The notes beneath the pieces were generated by a model that saw only the letters and a program-made list of their open reading frames with translations, searched no databases and was not told the origin of the DNA. The position numbers and the translations under genes are program-made. From Podarcis muralis (taxonomy: Eukaryota): a stretch of 64,000 nt of DNA. The stretch is from positions 14,136,001 through 14,200,000 of the forward strand of contig NC_135669.1 of assembly GCF_964188315.1 (NCBI RefSeq), written 5' to 3'. Shown here piece by piece: positions 12,301-25,114 of the stretch (the first letter of the stretch is position 1; every line of letters starts with the position of its first letter).

Positions 12301-15300
12301 ACGGCAGCAGTATTCGATTCCAGAAAATATCAAGATGAGCCAGTTTTCTGCAAACTTCCTGCGTACCATCAACGTATGTCATGATGTCTGGGTGTTTGTG
12401 GGAGTGTTGGTGTGAAGGATTCTCACACTTGCTTCTGTCAGCGGTCTGCCTTGCATCCTCTAGAAAAGGCAAATGGGCCATTGGTCCATCTTGAAGGAGA
12501 CAAGATATGGGAATGTGCAACTACTTCGATATATACAGTACAGTGGTGGAGTGTTTGAATGCACTGAATAACCATGGTGCAGTTTGCTCCACTGCCCTTG
12601 TCCTAATAACTCAGTCACCCTAGCATTCACATACAGATCTGAATCTATCAATTGGCATCCCAGTAGCAAGTTATTCAAACAGAAAACACTGGTGTTTCTT
12701 CCTGATTTTGTCTCAACTCCATTAAGAGTGCTATTGGGTAACCATATACTATACACTTTCTAGATCAGAAGTTAAAGTTGTACATTTCTGTTTATATACT
12801 GTTGGGAATTTTGGACATGTGTCATTCTTGAAGCTTCTTTGGTTTTAATTTATACATGCATGGATTGTTTCTTTTGTCTATTATTTTTCTCCTAAATCCT
12901 CCGGCCATTGTTACATCATGTGTGCTTGAGAGATGCTAAGAGTTGGCATATCATAATGGTCAAGTCTGAAGTCCTAAGCACACTTATTAGAGAATGTCCC
13001 ACTTTTAGTAAACGTGCTTGGAATTGCACTTTTAAGAATGAAGCATAAACCAGTTCAGATATTTTCTTTGCCATGATCAAGTAGTCCTAGATAAGCCATT
13101 ATCCCCCTCCCCCATAGCTTCTCATCTAGAATATGCGGGTAACAATAATGCACTGTTGTGTAAGGACTACATGCAGGGGTCAGCAAACTTTTTCAGCAGG
13201 GGGCTGGTCCACTGTCCCTCAGACCTTGTGGGGGGCCAGACTATATTTTTTTGGGGGAATGAACGAATTCCTATGCCCCACAAATAACCCAGAGATGCAT
13301 TTTAAATAACAGCACACATTCTACTCATGTAAAAACATGCTGATTCCCGGACCGTCCATGGGCCAGATTTAGAAGGTGATTGGGCTGGATCCGGCCCCCG
13401 GGCCTTAGTTTGCCTACCCATGGACTACAGTGATCATAAAGCTCTTTAAACTCTCAAGAAAAGAGCTGTAGCAGTGATATGTATTCCTGTAAGTTTCCCA
13501 CTCCATCCCATCCTGAAGACAGCAATCCTTGAAATGTAAACAGATTATCTTTTTGTTCCAGCAATACCTTGGTGTTGTCACCCAGCCACCCATAGATATT
13601 CAGTTTAACCCATCGGGCTATCTCTTCCTGGCTTCAGAGGATGGAGCTGCTCTGCTGGAGGAGAATGTTGGGATTCAAAGGTATGGGGTTCTGAGGATCC
13701 TTTGGGTAAAAGTTGCTTAGAGAGAAGAAACAGTGATAGGCATGTATGTATGAATGAGGTCTTTGAAAATGTTACGTTCTTTTAAAGCCATAGTGGTTTT
13801 CTGCCCCCAGCATTGAGATCACCTCTGGTAATTTTACCTATTTGCTCACACAGATTATTTCAAAATTACTTTCTTTGGAAAGTAGACTTTTTGACTTTAA
13901 AAATAATAACATAAATTGCCCCTTCCTGCCTTTATTAGAGCATCTTTTAAATTGACAAAATGGATTTCCCCCCATCTTGTGCATTCTGATGAGCGTTCTT
14001 TAATGGTTTGTTTGCTTGCTTTTTTCAGGAGGGAAGGAGCAGAGATCTCACTACTATCACCGGCACAACTGAAAAAGAAGTATCCGTGGTTGAATACAGA
14101 TGGAGTAGCTTTGGCTTCCATTGGTACTAGACTGCTGAATCTCCATCTTTCCTAAAGATTAATAGCACTGCTGTCTCAAGTAAACAGTTTAAAATAAAAA
14201 TGCTCTGTTCTTCTTTTTTTGTATGCTTAACTTACAGGGACTCTAGAATGAACAAGCCCCCATTTCTCCTATTTTCTGCCGGCAGCTTCCTTATGAGTAG
14301 CTAGTCCAGTACTGGTCCTTCAACCCCTGCCCCATCAGCTGCATTCTCACTCAGATCCATAGTCAGAAATGTTGGAGAGCCATATGTCAGGGCAAAATGG
14401 CACAACCCATGAATATTAGCACAATTATCTCATTTATTAAATAGTTTAAAAGAAAAAGAAATACATTTCAATAAAATGTGCTCATGTGCTTTTATCTACG
14501 CATCTATCCAATGGCTGCAAAGGCAGTAAAAACACTGAAAGCTGAGAGCAGATTTTCTGCTTGTTGAGAATTTTGATAGATTTCTGCCTACACATTTTCT
14601 TACTTGGTATTCTGAAGTGTCTCTTAAATGAGAGTCTTGCTGTTATTCCTGCTGGTGCCAGGGCCCCATCCCCTTCTCATGTTATTGCCTGGTTTCCTAA
14701 TATCTGGTCATATTTTCTGGGTTCTATCACATTTCTTTTAGTGACCAAGAGACAGTGCTGCAGATAAGAGCAAACCTGGACCAAATTGCCTCTCCTAACA
14801 CTGCTAACTCTTTGGCAAAGTACAAGGGAGGTTACTTGTTACAGTCAAACCTTGGTTCTCGAACTGCTCTGTTTTCAAATGCTGAAAACCCAGAAGTAAA
14901 TGCTCTGGTTTTCAAACAATCTTTGAAACTCAAATGTCCAATGGGGCTTCCACTTGAGTACAAGAAGCTCTTGCAACCAATTGGAAGCTGTGCCTCGGTT
15001 GTCAAACATTTCCAAAGTCAAATTATCTTCTGGAACAGATTATGTTCAACAACCGAGGTTTGACTGTATAAGAAATCTTGCAGGGGGTGGGGGTTGTTCT
15101 GTTTTGTTCTGGGCTTTTTTACTGAGTTTGCCTGTTGGGAAAGATCAATTGTTCTTAGCCAACCAAGAGTGCTATTCAGAAATGTTCAGAGTATGGCTGC
15201 AGAATAGGTGTCATGGCATTGTAATTCTAAACTAGATTGCCTTTCTTGCGTTCTCTGTTTTGTCTTCTTAAGGCTTGGAAAATGAGGGATGGTTTGACCC

Positions 15301-18300
15301 CTGGACTCTTCTCAACGCTTTCCGGAACAAAGCAATATCGTTGGGCGTCTACCAGAGCTGCGGCGAAGTGAAATGTGAGTCTGTCACCCCCACTTGGTAT
15401 TGCAAGCACACACCATCATTACCACTGAATTGTGTTGGGCAGCTCAGCCTCCTGGCACCAGGGGGCAGAAACCCTATTCAGTACAGTCTTACCTTGGTTC
15501 TCGAACAGAATCCGAAACTGTTAAAAAACCAAGGCGCAGCTTCCAGTTGGCTGCAGGAGCAGTGGAATGCCCTCCAACTGTCGTTTAAGCACCAGGCAGA
15601 AACATTATTATTTACCTAGATAGTTCTGTATATGTTAATGATTTAAACTGAGCATGTCTATTTTAAAATTAAAATTTTACTGTTTTGTATATTTGTTTTA
15701 TACTGTATACCAGGTGTGGGGAGTCTTTGGCTCTTCACATATTAAGGTAAAGGTAAAGGGACCCCTGACCATTAGGTCCAGTCGTGGCCGACTCTGGGGT
15801 TGCGGTGCTCATCTCGCTTTACTGGCCGAGGGAGCCAGCGTACAGCTTCCGGGTCATGTGGCCAGCATGACTAAGCCGCTTCTGGTGAGCCAGAGCAGCT
15901 CACGGAAACACCGTTTACTTTCCCGCCGGAGCGGTACCTATTTATCTACTTGCACTTTGACATGCTTTCGAACTGCTAGGTTGGCAGGAGCAGGGACAGA
16001 ACAACGGGAGCTCACCCTGTCACGGGGATTCAAACCGCCGACCTTCTGATCAGCATGTCCCAGGCTCAGTGGTTTAACCCACAGCGCCACCCTATAGTAG
16101 TTCAAATATGGCTGAACTACAAATCCCATTATCCCTAGCCATTGGCCATTCTTGCTGCAGTTGATGGGATCTGCAGTCTAGTAACATCTTGTTGTATTAT
16201 TTTACTGTTGTTAGCCACTCTGAGCCCAGCTTCGGCTGGGGAGGGCGGGATATAAATAAAATTTATTATTATTATCTGGAGGACCAATGTTTACACACAG
16301 CTGCCGTATACCATCCTGAAATCTGATCTAATGAAGGGGGGCTACAAAAAATGCTTCAAATATTTTACCCAAGGGATTGGAAGCCCTCATTTTTCCATGT
16401 CTTAGATTTCAAAGTTGAGCCAAAGCAAACTTGCTTCTGTATGTTCTTTTTCACCATCTGCAGCTTTCGACTTGTATACAGAAGAACTGAGGACACATGA
16501 TGGGGATCGTATTAATTTCTCCCGTATCAAGGGTGTTCATGTAAGTCATTATTTGAACTACTTCAATTAAAAGTAGGGGCAGGATGTGCTGAGTAGAAGG
16601 TTCCAAGGAGAAGCTCACAGAAAGCCCTCAATTTTTTAAAAAGTTTTTATTGGGTTACAAAAATATGTTCATTGTCTCTATTTTCAGGTTGTAGTCTTTT
16701 CTACTTATCAGTTATGTTTGATGTGAGGGCCTCTCAAAACTTCTGTTTCTATGAGGTTCTTCTGTAGTTTAGCAGAGCTAACGAGAGCTTACAAAACTAC
16801 AAAGAACTTTAGTACAGTATGATCTGCCCTTGAACTTTTGACAGAACAGATAAAGTAGGCAGGCTTGTGGCCACTGACTTCTTAGATGACAGTATTACAT
16901 ATTAACATTTGTTCAAGGGCCAGTATTGTACTGGGCAGGAGAAGGGCTGGAAATGGGGCTTTGATATCATTTCAGGCTTCTTTGTGTATCCCATGCTGCA
17001 GTGCTACCTGCTTCCCTGGCTCTGTTAGAGGGCTAAGGAACCTGTGGCTTGCCAGATGTTGGTTGCTGGTGGTTGCAGGTGATGGGAGTTCTAGTCCAGC
17101 AACATCTGAAGGCCCACAGCTTCCCCAGCCCTGCTCCACTAGCCTAAAGGAAAAGCCAATCCAAGATATAGGTATTTGTTCAATAATCTGCACTTTGCCC
17201 CCCCCCCCCCAAAAAAAAGCTTGGCAACTGCTCTTCTCTCCCTAAGTGAAGTGGCTCCAGTGTTAACTCAGTTTAAGACTGCCATGCAAATGTACTGAAG
17301 GTATACGTGGATGCCAACAATTTCTGGCATTGTTCTCTGGGGTTTTCTGGCATGTCCCTTGGAGTGTACTTTGCCAGGCTTGTGTGTGACATGAAAAGGA
17401 GGTGGAATGCACAATAGCAACTAGACAGGAAATCCCAACTTTTTTCATAATGGGACAAGAAGTAAATCAGAAAGCTCTCCCATCAGTTCCACGATACAGC
17501 AAATGCTTGGTCACAGATCCTGTGACATCTCCCTGGCTTTTTTCCTTTTTGCCTGTGTATTCCCCATTGTCATCTGGAAAACCCGTGTCAGATAGGGTAT
17601 TTGCTTGCCTAATGAAACAGTTACCAGGTCCTCCCTACTGTGTTATCCTCTAGGTCCAGATGCCCGAAAGTATAGAATCCACCAAAATAGAATGTGGTTT
17701 TGTGGTGAATGCAGCAGGAGCTTGGTCAAGCAGTGTGGCAGAGATGGCTGGCATTGGAACTGGGCCGCCACACTCAATGCTGGGCATCAGACTTCCTGTG
17801 GAACCCAAGAAAAGGTATGGCTAAACCTAGTATTTATGCTGCTTTGGAGTTCATATGTTAAATACCTATTAAATGGTAACCATATATTGTGATAGGGACG
17901 CGGGTGGCGCTGTGGGTTAAACCACAGAGCCTAGGGCTTGCCGATCAGAAGGTCAGTGGTTTGAATCCCCGCGGCGGGGTGAGCTCCCATTGCTCGGTCC
18001 CTGCTCCTGCCAACCTAGCAGTTCGAAAGCACGTCAAAGTGCAAGTAGATAAATAGGTACTGCTCTGGCGGGAAGGTAAACGGTGTTTCTGTGCACTGCT
18101 CTGGTTTCGCCAGAAGCGGCTTAGTCATGCTGGCCACATGACCTGGAAGCTGTACGCCGGCTCCCTCGGCCAATAAAGCGAGATGAGCGCGCAACCCCAG
18201 AGTCGGTCACGACTGGACCTAATGGTCAGGGGTCCCTTTAATGTTAATGGTACACAAGCATTAACTTTATTCCAAACCCTCCCCTCCTTTGCCCGGAAAT

Positions 18301-21300
18301 GCCAAAGAAATGGGCCAAGCTGGTTCTAGGTTTGAGGGGACCAGGGCAAGTTGCCCTCTGCTGGGCTCCCTCCTCTAGCCCTGGCAGTCTTACCTTGTTG
18401 CAGTGGACAGCTGCAACGCTCTAAGCAGTGCCAACTTGTGGCATCTTGCCGCTATTTATATTTCCCACAATGCCTCTTCTGTAGCCACATGACCCGGAAG
18501 CTGTACGCCGGCTCCCTTGGCCAATAAAGCGAGATGAGCGCCGCAACCCCAGAGTCGGCCACGACTGGACCTAATGGTCAGGGGTCCCTTTACCTTTTTA
18601 TATATTGTGATTCTCAGATTTGTGAGGGCTGCCAGCATGATTCACTTTGAAGTTAGAGCCAGAGTTTTTGTCCTGTTCCTCTGTTGCCACACACAATAGA
18701 CCTACACTTCTTATTTTTCTAAATCTGTGGCTCTGCAGACTGGTTGTAGTCCAGCAACATCTGGTGGGGNNNNNNNNNNNNNNNNNNNNNNNNNNNNNNN
18801 NNNNNNNNNNNNNNNNNNNNNNNNNNNNNNNNNNNNNNNNNNNNNNNNNNNNNNNNNNNNNNNNNNNNNNNNNNNNNNNNNNNNNNNNNNNNNNNNNNNN
18901 NNNNGCACATGCCTTGTATCCCAGATATTCCTGGTTCAGTCCCGGGGTTTTCCAGTTGAAAGGATCTTTGCTTGCAGAGCTGGAAAAGAGACCTTTGCCT
19001 GAGATTTGCTCCTAATTGAACTAAACAGTGCCAGGCCAGAAGGATCAATGGCTTTGTTTCTAAGGCATCTTTAGCAATCATCATCTGAGGCTCTTCTTTG
19101 TGTGCCTCAAAGAGGTACAAGAGGTCCAGAGGGTGATAATATGAAGAACAGGTCTTTGTTTAGATTCCTTTCTATTTGTGGAATGCTCTCCCCAAGGAGA
19201 GACGCCAGGCAAAAAATATTCCTCTTCTCCCAGGCCATTGACTAATTAAACAATCTACGGGCTTTTAAACTGGGGTTTTTTGTTTGTTATGGTATGCATT
19301 TTTGTGTTTTCATATTGTAAACCATCCTGTGATCCTTGGATGGAGGGTGGTATAGAAATTTAATAAATAATAAGAAGAAATGAAATGAAATGAAAGACAG
19401 CTCTTACCTTGCCTGTTGTAATTTCAGTGTCCAAGCTCATGCGTCCTGCACTGTGGCTACTCTTTATTCCTCTTAGATTGCATGGAGATCTAGTATTTTG
19501 GTCTTGATTAAATGCTGGAGTTATTTTCTTTGTCCTTGTGCTGCTAGGTATGTCTATGTCTGGCACTGCCCTGATGGACCTGGCTTGGAGTGTCCTCTGC
19601 TAATCGACACCACAGGAGCTTACTTCCGGAGGGAAGGCGTGGGTGGCAACTACCTTGGAGGCTTAAGCCCTACGGAAGTGAGTTTACCATGATTTTATTG
19701 GGAGCTGACTCTTAGGAAGCCACAGCAGGGACACCAGCCCCCCAGAGAGGAAGAGCTCTGGGTGTTTCTGATGTTGCACATGTTAACTCGCATGTAAGGA
19801 AGTGTTCCTGTAAGAACCCTGCAAGGGGAAATGATTTGTTATGGGAAAGTTCCGTTGTGCTAGCACAAGTCTCTTGCAGTAGTGGAACGGGACCATTGGG
19901 ATACCGACCGTATTGTTTTATCATTTGATGAGCATCTAAAATTTGATTAAGTTTTATCGCTCTTTTTCTCTAAAGAGCTCTGGATGACTTGACACATGTG
20001 GTCACTTCTCTCTCCCACCATTCCAGTGAAGGCTAGGCTTTGAATTAGTGGCATAACAATAACAACAATAATAAATTTATTTATTTATTTATACCCCGCC
20101 CATCTGGCTGGGTTTCCCCAGCTGCTCTGGGCTGCTTCCAGCAGAATATTAAAATACAATGATTCATCAAATATTAAAAGCTTCCCTAAACAGGGATGCC
20201 TTCAGATGTCTTCTAAAAGTCCCATAGTTGTTTTTTTCTTTGACATCTGATGAGAGGGTGTTCCACAGGGTGGGCGCCACTACCGAGAAGGCCCTCTGCC
20301 TGGTTCCCTGTAACTTCACTTCTCATAGTGAGGGAACCACCAGAAGGCCCTTGGCGCTGGATCTCAGTGTCTGGGCAGAACGATGGGTAACACAACTGAG
20401 TAAGCATTGTGGTTCAACAGGGATTTGAATCCAGATTTGTCTTGGTCAAAGTCCAATGCTATTCGCTGCTCCACACTGACAGCTGAAGTCTACCCAAAGC
20501 CTACCTGAGTATGCTGTAGTTTGGGACTTGGCTATTGCCTTTGAGTTGCTCCCTATCTACCCTGTGGCTGCACTTTTCTAGGGGAGGTTCAAAATGCAAA
20601 CAAGGTTTTCAGCTGCCATGATTGTAATTTTCTGGTGCCCAGAATTCAGCTTCTTGTGCTTTCTTCTTAGGAGGAAGAGCCAGATATCCAGGACCTGGAA
20701 GTAGATCATGAGTTCTTCCAGGATAAAGTCTGGCCCAAGCTGGCTCACCGGGTGCCAAACTTTCAATCCTTGAAGGTAATGATTTGACTTTCTCAAGGTG
20801 GTGGTTAAGGAGTTAACTCCTTAAACTTTATTTTGGGGCCTGGTGCAGACATATTGCCCACTTATGGTTAATCAATCAGAAGCACCTTGCAGGTTTCACT
20901 TCCTCATATCTTGTGTTGCCCTTCTATTTATTTCTACTTTGAGCTAACTATGGTCAACATTTCATCTACCTCATTAGTCTTCAGGCCCCTTGTTGTCTTT
21001 GATTCTGACAGCCCAGTGGTACTTTGGAAGTTTAACGGAATCCGTTCCAGAAGTCCGTTCGACTTCCAAAACGTTCAGAAACCAAGGTGCGGCTTCCAAT
21101 TGGCTGCAGGAAGCTCCTGCAGCCAATCAGAAGTTGCGTTGGACATTCAGGTTCCAAAGAACATTCACAAACTGGAACACTCACTTACGGGTTTGCGACG
21201 TTTGGGAGCCAAAACATTCGACTCACAAGGCGTTTGGCATCCAAAGTACGACTGTATAAGTTTTGAATTTGTACTGGATATGTTTGCTTCAGTGAATTTT

Positions 21301-22398
21301 GTGATGAGGTCAGAATGGACTAGTGGTCCTCTGCTGGTATAATCATTCTCTGCAAGCAATACAACTGTTTCAACTTATTCCTCCTTGCTCCTGCAGGGTG
21401 TGTTGATAGTTGTACATTAGCCACAGTGAGTTTGCAATCTGGCTAGGGTGTTTCGCAGCCATTGACACTATTTCACTTCACATATTAAACTAAACCACTG
21501 GGATGGGAAACATTTAGCCCTCCAGATGTTGCTAGATTTCTACTCCCATCATCCCTGACTGTTGGCCATAATGCTGTTTGATGTGAACTAGAGTCCAGTA
21601 ATTTCTGGAGAGCCGCAGTTCTCCTGGGCTCATGTGTTCCTTCTCTCTCCTCCCAGCTGCAAAAGAGGAGGTGGGGAACTGAGGAACTCAAAGCTCACAG
21701 CAGCTTGTTTCATGTTTGTGCACATCTTGAAAGCCACTCTAATAATAAAATAATTTGGTTTTTAACCTTCTGGATTACCCAGGACAATTGTAGGCCATCC
21801 ATCCATTACGGTACATATTTAAAGTAAAAGTCACATTCTTAGGATGTCAAACTCTGCAATTCTTGCGGGTTAGCACCAAATCACAAAGATCTTAGACCTT
21901 TCATCTCTATCTTGCTTTTCCCTCTTGAGTTCTAGACATAGCCTTTTATCCCTCTTGTTCAGCTAGGAATAACTGGCTAGGATTCAATATCTAAGTAGTA
22001 TACTGTATTTTACTGGTGGGTTTAAGAGTGCAGCCTTGTCTGTTTCTGTAGGTCTGTCCCTGAGATCCTCTGTTAGTCCTGCCGTTGACAGTTCAGGGAC
22101 TGTATCTTGTGACTGAAAGAGCTTTATCTTTATCTCATGACAGGTGAAGAGTTCTTGGGCTGGTTACTATGACTACAACATCTTTGACCAGAGTCCTGTG
22201 ATTGGTGTGCACCCACTGGTGGAAAACCTCTATTTTGCCACAGGCTTCAGTGGACACGGACTTCAGCAGTCACCAGCTGTGGGCCAAGCCCTAGCTGAGC
22301 TCATAATTGATGGGAAATTCAAGGCCATCGACCTAAGCATATTCTCCTTCAACAGGTTCTTCAAAGGGAACAAGGCTGTAGAAAGGAATATCATTTAA
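9219..22398 (+). CDS. FOXRED1: FAD-dependent oxidoreductase domain-containing protein 1 (complex I assembly factor), complete, 11 exons, 501 aa
   Basis: Exons 9219-9348, 11271-11491, 12263-12373, 13562-13680, 14029-14123, 15273-15374, 16464-16540, 17654-17814, 19548-19677, 20671-20775, 22144-22398. Total 1506 nt, all GT-AG, phases consistent. Arg-rich presequence-like N-terminus, VIVGGGVIG dinucleotide-binding motif, GFSGHGLQQ motif, C-terminus ERNII. Confidence 0.96.
10501..10890 (+). mobile_element. L2-type LINE 3' fragment
   Basis: ORF-track peptide ...RAFSVVAP...[10 protein letters not shown] resembles the C-terminus of L2-clade ORF2; AT-rich tail. Confidence 0.75.
11271..11491 (+). CDS. 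FOXRED1: FOXRED1 exon 2
   Basis: ttcag|...[21 protein letters not shown]...VVVVEKDIK|GT. Confidence 0.95.
12263..12373 (+). CDS. FOXRED1: FOXRED1 exon 3
   Basis: [37 protein letters not shown]|GTATGT. Confidence 0.96.
13174..13422. mobile_element. hAT-type MITE
   Basis: CAGGGGTCAGCAAAC ... GTTTGCCTACCCATG; near-perfect 8-bp flanks GACTACAT / GACTACAG. Confidence 0.82.
13562..13680 (+). CDS. FOXRED1: FOXRED1 exon 4
   Basis: [39 protein letters not shown]. Confidence 0.96.
14029..14123 (+). CDS. FOXRED1: FOXRED1 exon 5
   Basis: [31 protein letters not shown]. Confidence 0.96.
14842..15066. mobile_element. Tc1/mariner-type MITE
   Basis: TA-CAGTCAAACCTTGGTT ... AACCGAGGTTTGACTG-TA. Confidence 0.85.
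15273..15374 (+). CDS. FOXRED1: FOXRED1 exon 6
   Basis: [34 protein letters not shown]|GTGAGT. Confidence 0.96.
15744..16092 (-). mobile_element. Sauria SINE
   Basis: Reverse complement of the same family, with the (AAAGGT)n tail on the left. Confidence 0.92.
16464..16540 (+). CDS. FOXRED1: FOXRED1 exon 7
   Basis: ctgcag|[26 protein letters not shown]|GTAAGT. Not in the ORF track; phase 1 to phase 0 fits both neighbours. Confidence 0.9.
17654..17814 (+). CDS. FOXRED1: FOXRED1 exon 8
   Basis: [35 protein letters not shown]...LPVEPKK. Confidence 0.95.
17895..18240 (+). mobile_element. Sauria SINE, full length
   Basis: Same family head and tail. Confidence 0.92.
18480..18597 (+). mobile_element. 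Sauria SINE 3' fragment
   Basis: CCACATGACCCGGAAGC...GGTCCCTTTACC. Confidence 0.88.
18770..18904. other. Assembly gap (135 N) in FOXRED1 intron 8
   Basis: Run of N. Confidence 0.99.
19548..19677 (+). CDS. FOXRED1: FOXRED1 exon 9
   Basis: [43 protein letters not shown]|GTGAGT. Confidence 0.96.
20055..20390 (-). mobile_element. L2-type LINE 3' fragment
   Basis: Same family as 10501-10890, reversed. Confidence 0.72.
20671..20775 (+). CDS. FOXRED1: FOXRED1 exon 10
   Basis: [35 protein letters not shown]|GTAATG. Confidence 0.96.
21014..21254. mobile_element. Tc1/mariner-type MITE
   Basis: CAGTGGTACTTTGG ... CCAAAGTACGACTG-TA. Confidence 0.8.
22144..22398 (+). CDS. FOXRED1: FOXRED1 exon 11 (last coding exon)
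   Basis: [16 protein letters not shown]...[14 protein letters not shown]...ERNII stop. Confidence 0.97.
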   Translation: MKSSWAGYYDYNIFDQSPVIGVHPLVENLYFATGFSGHGLQQSPAVGQALAELIIDGKFKAIDLSIFSFNRFFKGNKAVERNII

Positions 22399-22644
22399 GT
22401 GCTTTAGAGAGCTGGGTATCTTGATGGCAAGTCCCAGCTCTTTCTGTTCTTCCCTACTTTCTTTCCCAGATTAATGACTACATGCCCATGCAGCACTTCG
22501 CGAAGACTGTTCAGATTCCATACTGTTCCTACAAGTGTTGCACTTCACAGCTCCACATCATTTGAGTGGGCCTCAGACAGGATAAACGCCTTGTGTAGGA
22601 TTGCTGCTTCTCCATTTCCACCCATGTAACAATGGAAAATTCAA

Positions 22645-22645
<1 letters not shown>

Positions 22646-22690
<45 letters not shown>
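22646..22690. repeat. (TAA)n microsatellite, the tail of a reversed L2-type fragment extending to ~22800
   Basis: Direct inspection. Confidence 0.9.
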
Positions 22691-22691
<1 letters not shown>

Positions 22692-25114
22692 TTTTATTAT
22701 TTATACCCCGCCCATCTGGCTGGGTTTCCCCAGCCACTCTGGGCGGCTCCCAACAGAGGACTAAAAACAGAATAGAACGTCAAACATTAAAACTTCCGAA
22801 AACAGGAAGTCCAATACAGCTATAGATCAAGACACTCTAAATCAGGGTGATCCAACTTTTCATACCACGTTGGCCGCAAGAGCCAAGTGGGTGTCTCCAT
22901 CGTGCCAATTACAGGTTAAGAGCATGAGTCCTTCTGAATGGGGTCCCTCAAGTCTGCTGCTGTTTGTGCAGCTATTCAGGTGGCTCTAGGAAGCCTAAAA
23001 GCAATGCGTTGAAGGACTAGCCTTTTGCAACCCCATCTCTGCTTTTTTGCTGGCATCTGGTATTTAGAGGTAAACCACCTCTGAATGTGGAGTTTGTGCT
23101 TTTATGTTCTACCTGCCATTAAAAGACTTGTGATCAAATTATTTTTTTAAAAAACCCCAATATGGGATTTCTAATAGCCCACTGAGCAAGAGATTGTCAT
23201 TATGTATGGGGACATGGAGAAGATGCAACAGCACTTTTTTTTTACAGCCTTTCAGCTTAACCTACCTCACATGGTGGTTGTGGGGATTAAGTGAGGAAGG
23301 GGAGAACCATGCACACCACCTTGAATTCTTTGGAGGGAAAAGTGGGATATAAATGCAGTAAGTGAATGAATAAAATAATAACTCCTAATGGTCATGGCTT
23401 GAGCAATTAAGCTTTGTATAATAATTGATGTTTTTATTCCCTTGCATGGGGAAGGTGCCCTTCCTTTCCACCAGGCTGCTGATTAACACGAGTCAGGAAC
23501 AGTCCTGGATTTATGCAAAGTAGTACAAAGAAGTTGAATTTCGGTTCATTGGGTCCTTGATTCAGAAAGAAAATTTCCAACACTTGGTGAAACCTCATTG
23601 TAATTAAGCAGTGAATCTTCGTAAGTTAGAAAATGTCTCGGGAGCTGTGCTACTCAAAAAGGAGATGTCCAGTTTGGTCTTGCTCTTCTGCTATTGTACT
23701 TGCCATGGATCTCCCTGGCTTTTTGCTACATCTAACTTTCTGATGCTGTTTCTTGATTCGTGGAAGAGACAATCGCTTGTTGAACTGACAGCTGGTTATC
23801 TTGGATAACCTTAGAACTGAGGTCATCGGAGCTATGTTTCGAAGTGGAAGAAATGAACTATTTTCTTCCTTATCCCAGAAATCAGGCTGACTTTTTACTG
23901 TTTCTATATACCATTAAAAAAACAACTGCAGCAGCATTATTGGGGGTTAAAAGAATGAGTTTTCTTTTTTTACAGTTGGAGGTAGAAAAGGAAAGAAGGT
24001 CTGTAAAATTATTTCAAAGAGTGGAAGGCAGTTTAAAAGGGCGAACCAATTTCTGTTGAATGCATTCCTTCCACTCCTGCTTTTTCATTTCGATTCATTT
24101 TTCTGGCAAGTACTGACAGTGAGGCAAAAGACATGTGGGTGTGTACTATGGGAAGCAGCCTCTCAAAGCAGTTCCAACTCTGAAGAACTGTACCTTCAGC
24201 CTAATCGGTGCTTGCTAGTTTTGGTTGAGAAGGGAAGATTTCATAAAAAGCATAATGGCAACAAGAGTTTAATGAGGGAAGGAAAAGTTCCTCAGAAACA
24301 TGCTGTGATGGAAAAAATTGATATTCACAAGGTAACGGAGAGAGTTGTGAATACAAGATAATTGTTTTGAGCAATTTTATTTTAGAATATTGCAAGTTAC
24401 CTTTCCAGCCCCCCAAATGCCAAGGTGACTTCATAATTAAAAAATTGTCACTTGAAAGCAGTCTAGTGTGTCTTCTCAGTAGCTGTTCCTTTCTGTCACT
24501 TAATCTGAAAATCCACAAGATATACCTGTCCTGGGAGAATAGTCGCTTAGGATGCAGGGGGATATGGTATATTAAAATTTACATGCTTTTTTTATATATA
24601 TAAAAAAAACCCTTCCTGTAGTTCAGTAGCATGAAGTGGTTTGCATTGAAACCGTTGGTAAAACAGAAGAAACAAGCTTTGCCTTTAGTAGCACTTTAGT
24701 AGCTTTGTGCTGTTGGAACAAGCCACACTCCCAGCACCCGTCAGCGGAAGCATGCTGAACTCCAGCAATTGAACAACTGGAAACTCACTTTAAGATCAGG
24801 TGTTGGATGGGCTTGAGCAAATGGTCTTGCAGGCCATATTGAGGCTACCCTGCCAGACCAAATTTGGCCAGAGGTGTCTCCCCCCCCCCCCCCCGCCGCC
24901 CTAGCACCATAGAAGATAAGCATGGAAACCCTGTTGGGTTGTGTGACCTCACTTTCTCCCTAGTCACGCTTGCTGTCCAGAGGCAGAGTATGATACAGGG
25001 GTAGTATTTAGCTTAGCCATTCTCCACCACTTCTATCATTTTGAAAAGTTATTATACTGTGGGTATTGTTTTGGTTTTTTAGTTTTAAGCCATAGTTTTC
25101 AACATGAGCCACTT

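Noticed and set aside
23976-24331. Exon-like plus-strand segment with a pyrimidine-rich acceptor and an AAG|GTAAC donor
   Set aside because: No single open frame across it and no recognisable homology; it lies downstream of the FOXRED1 stop.
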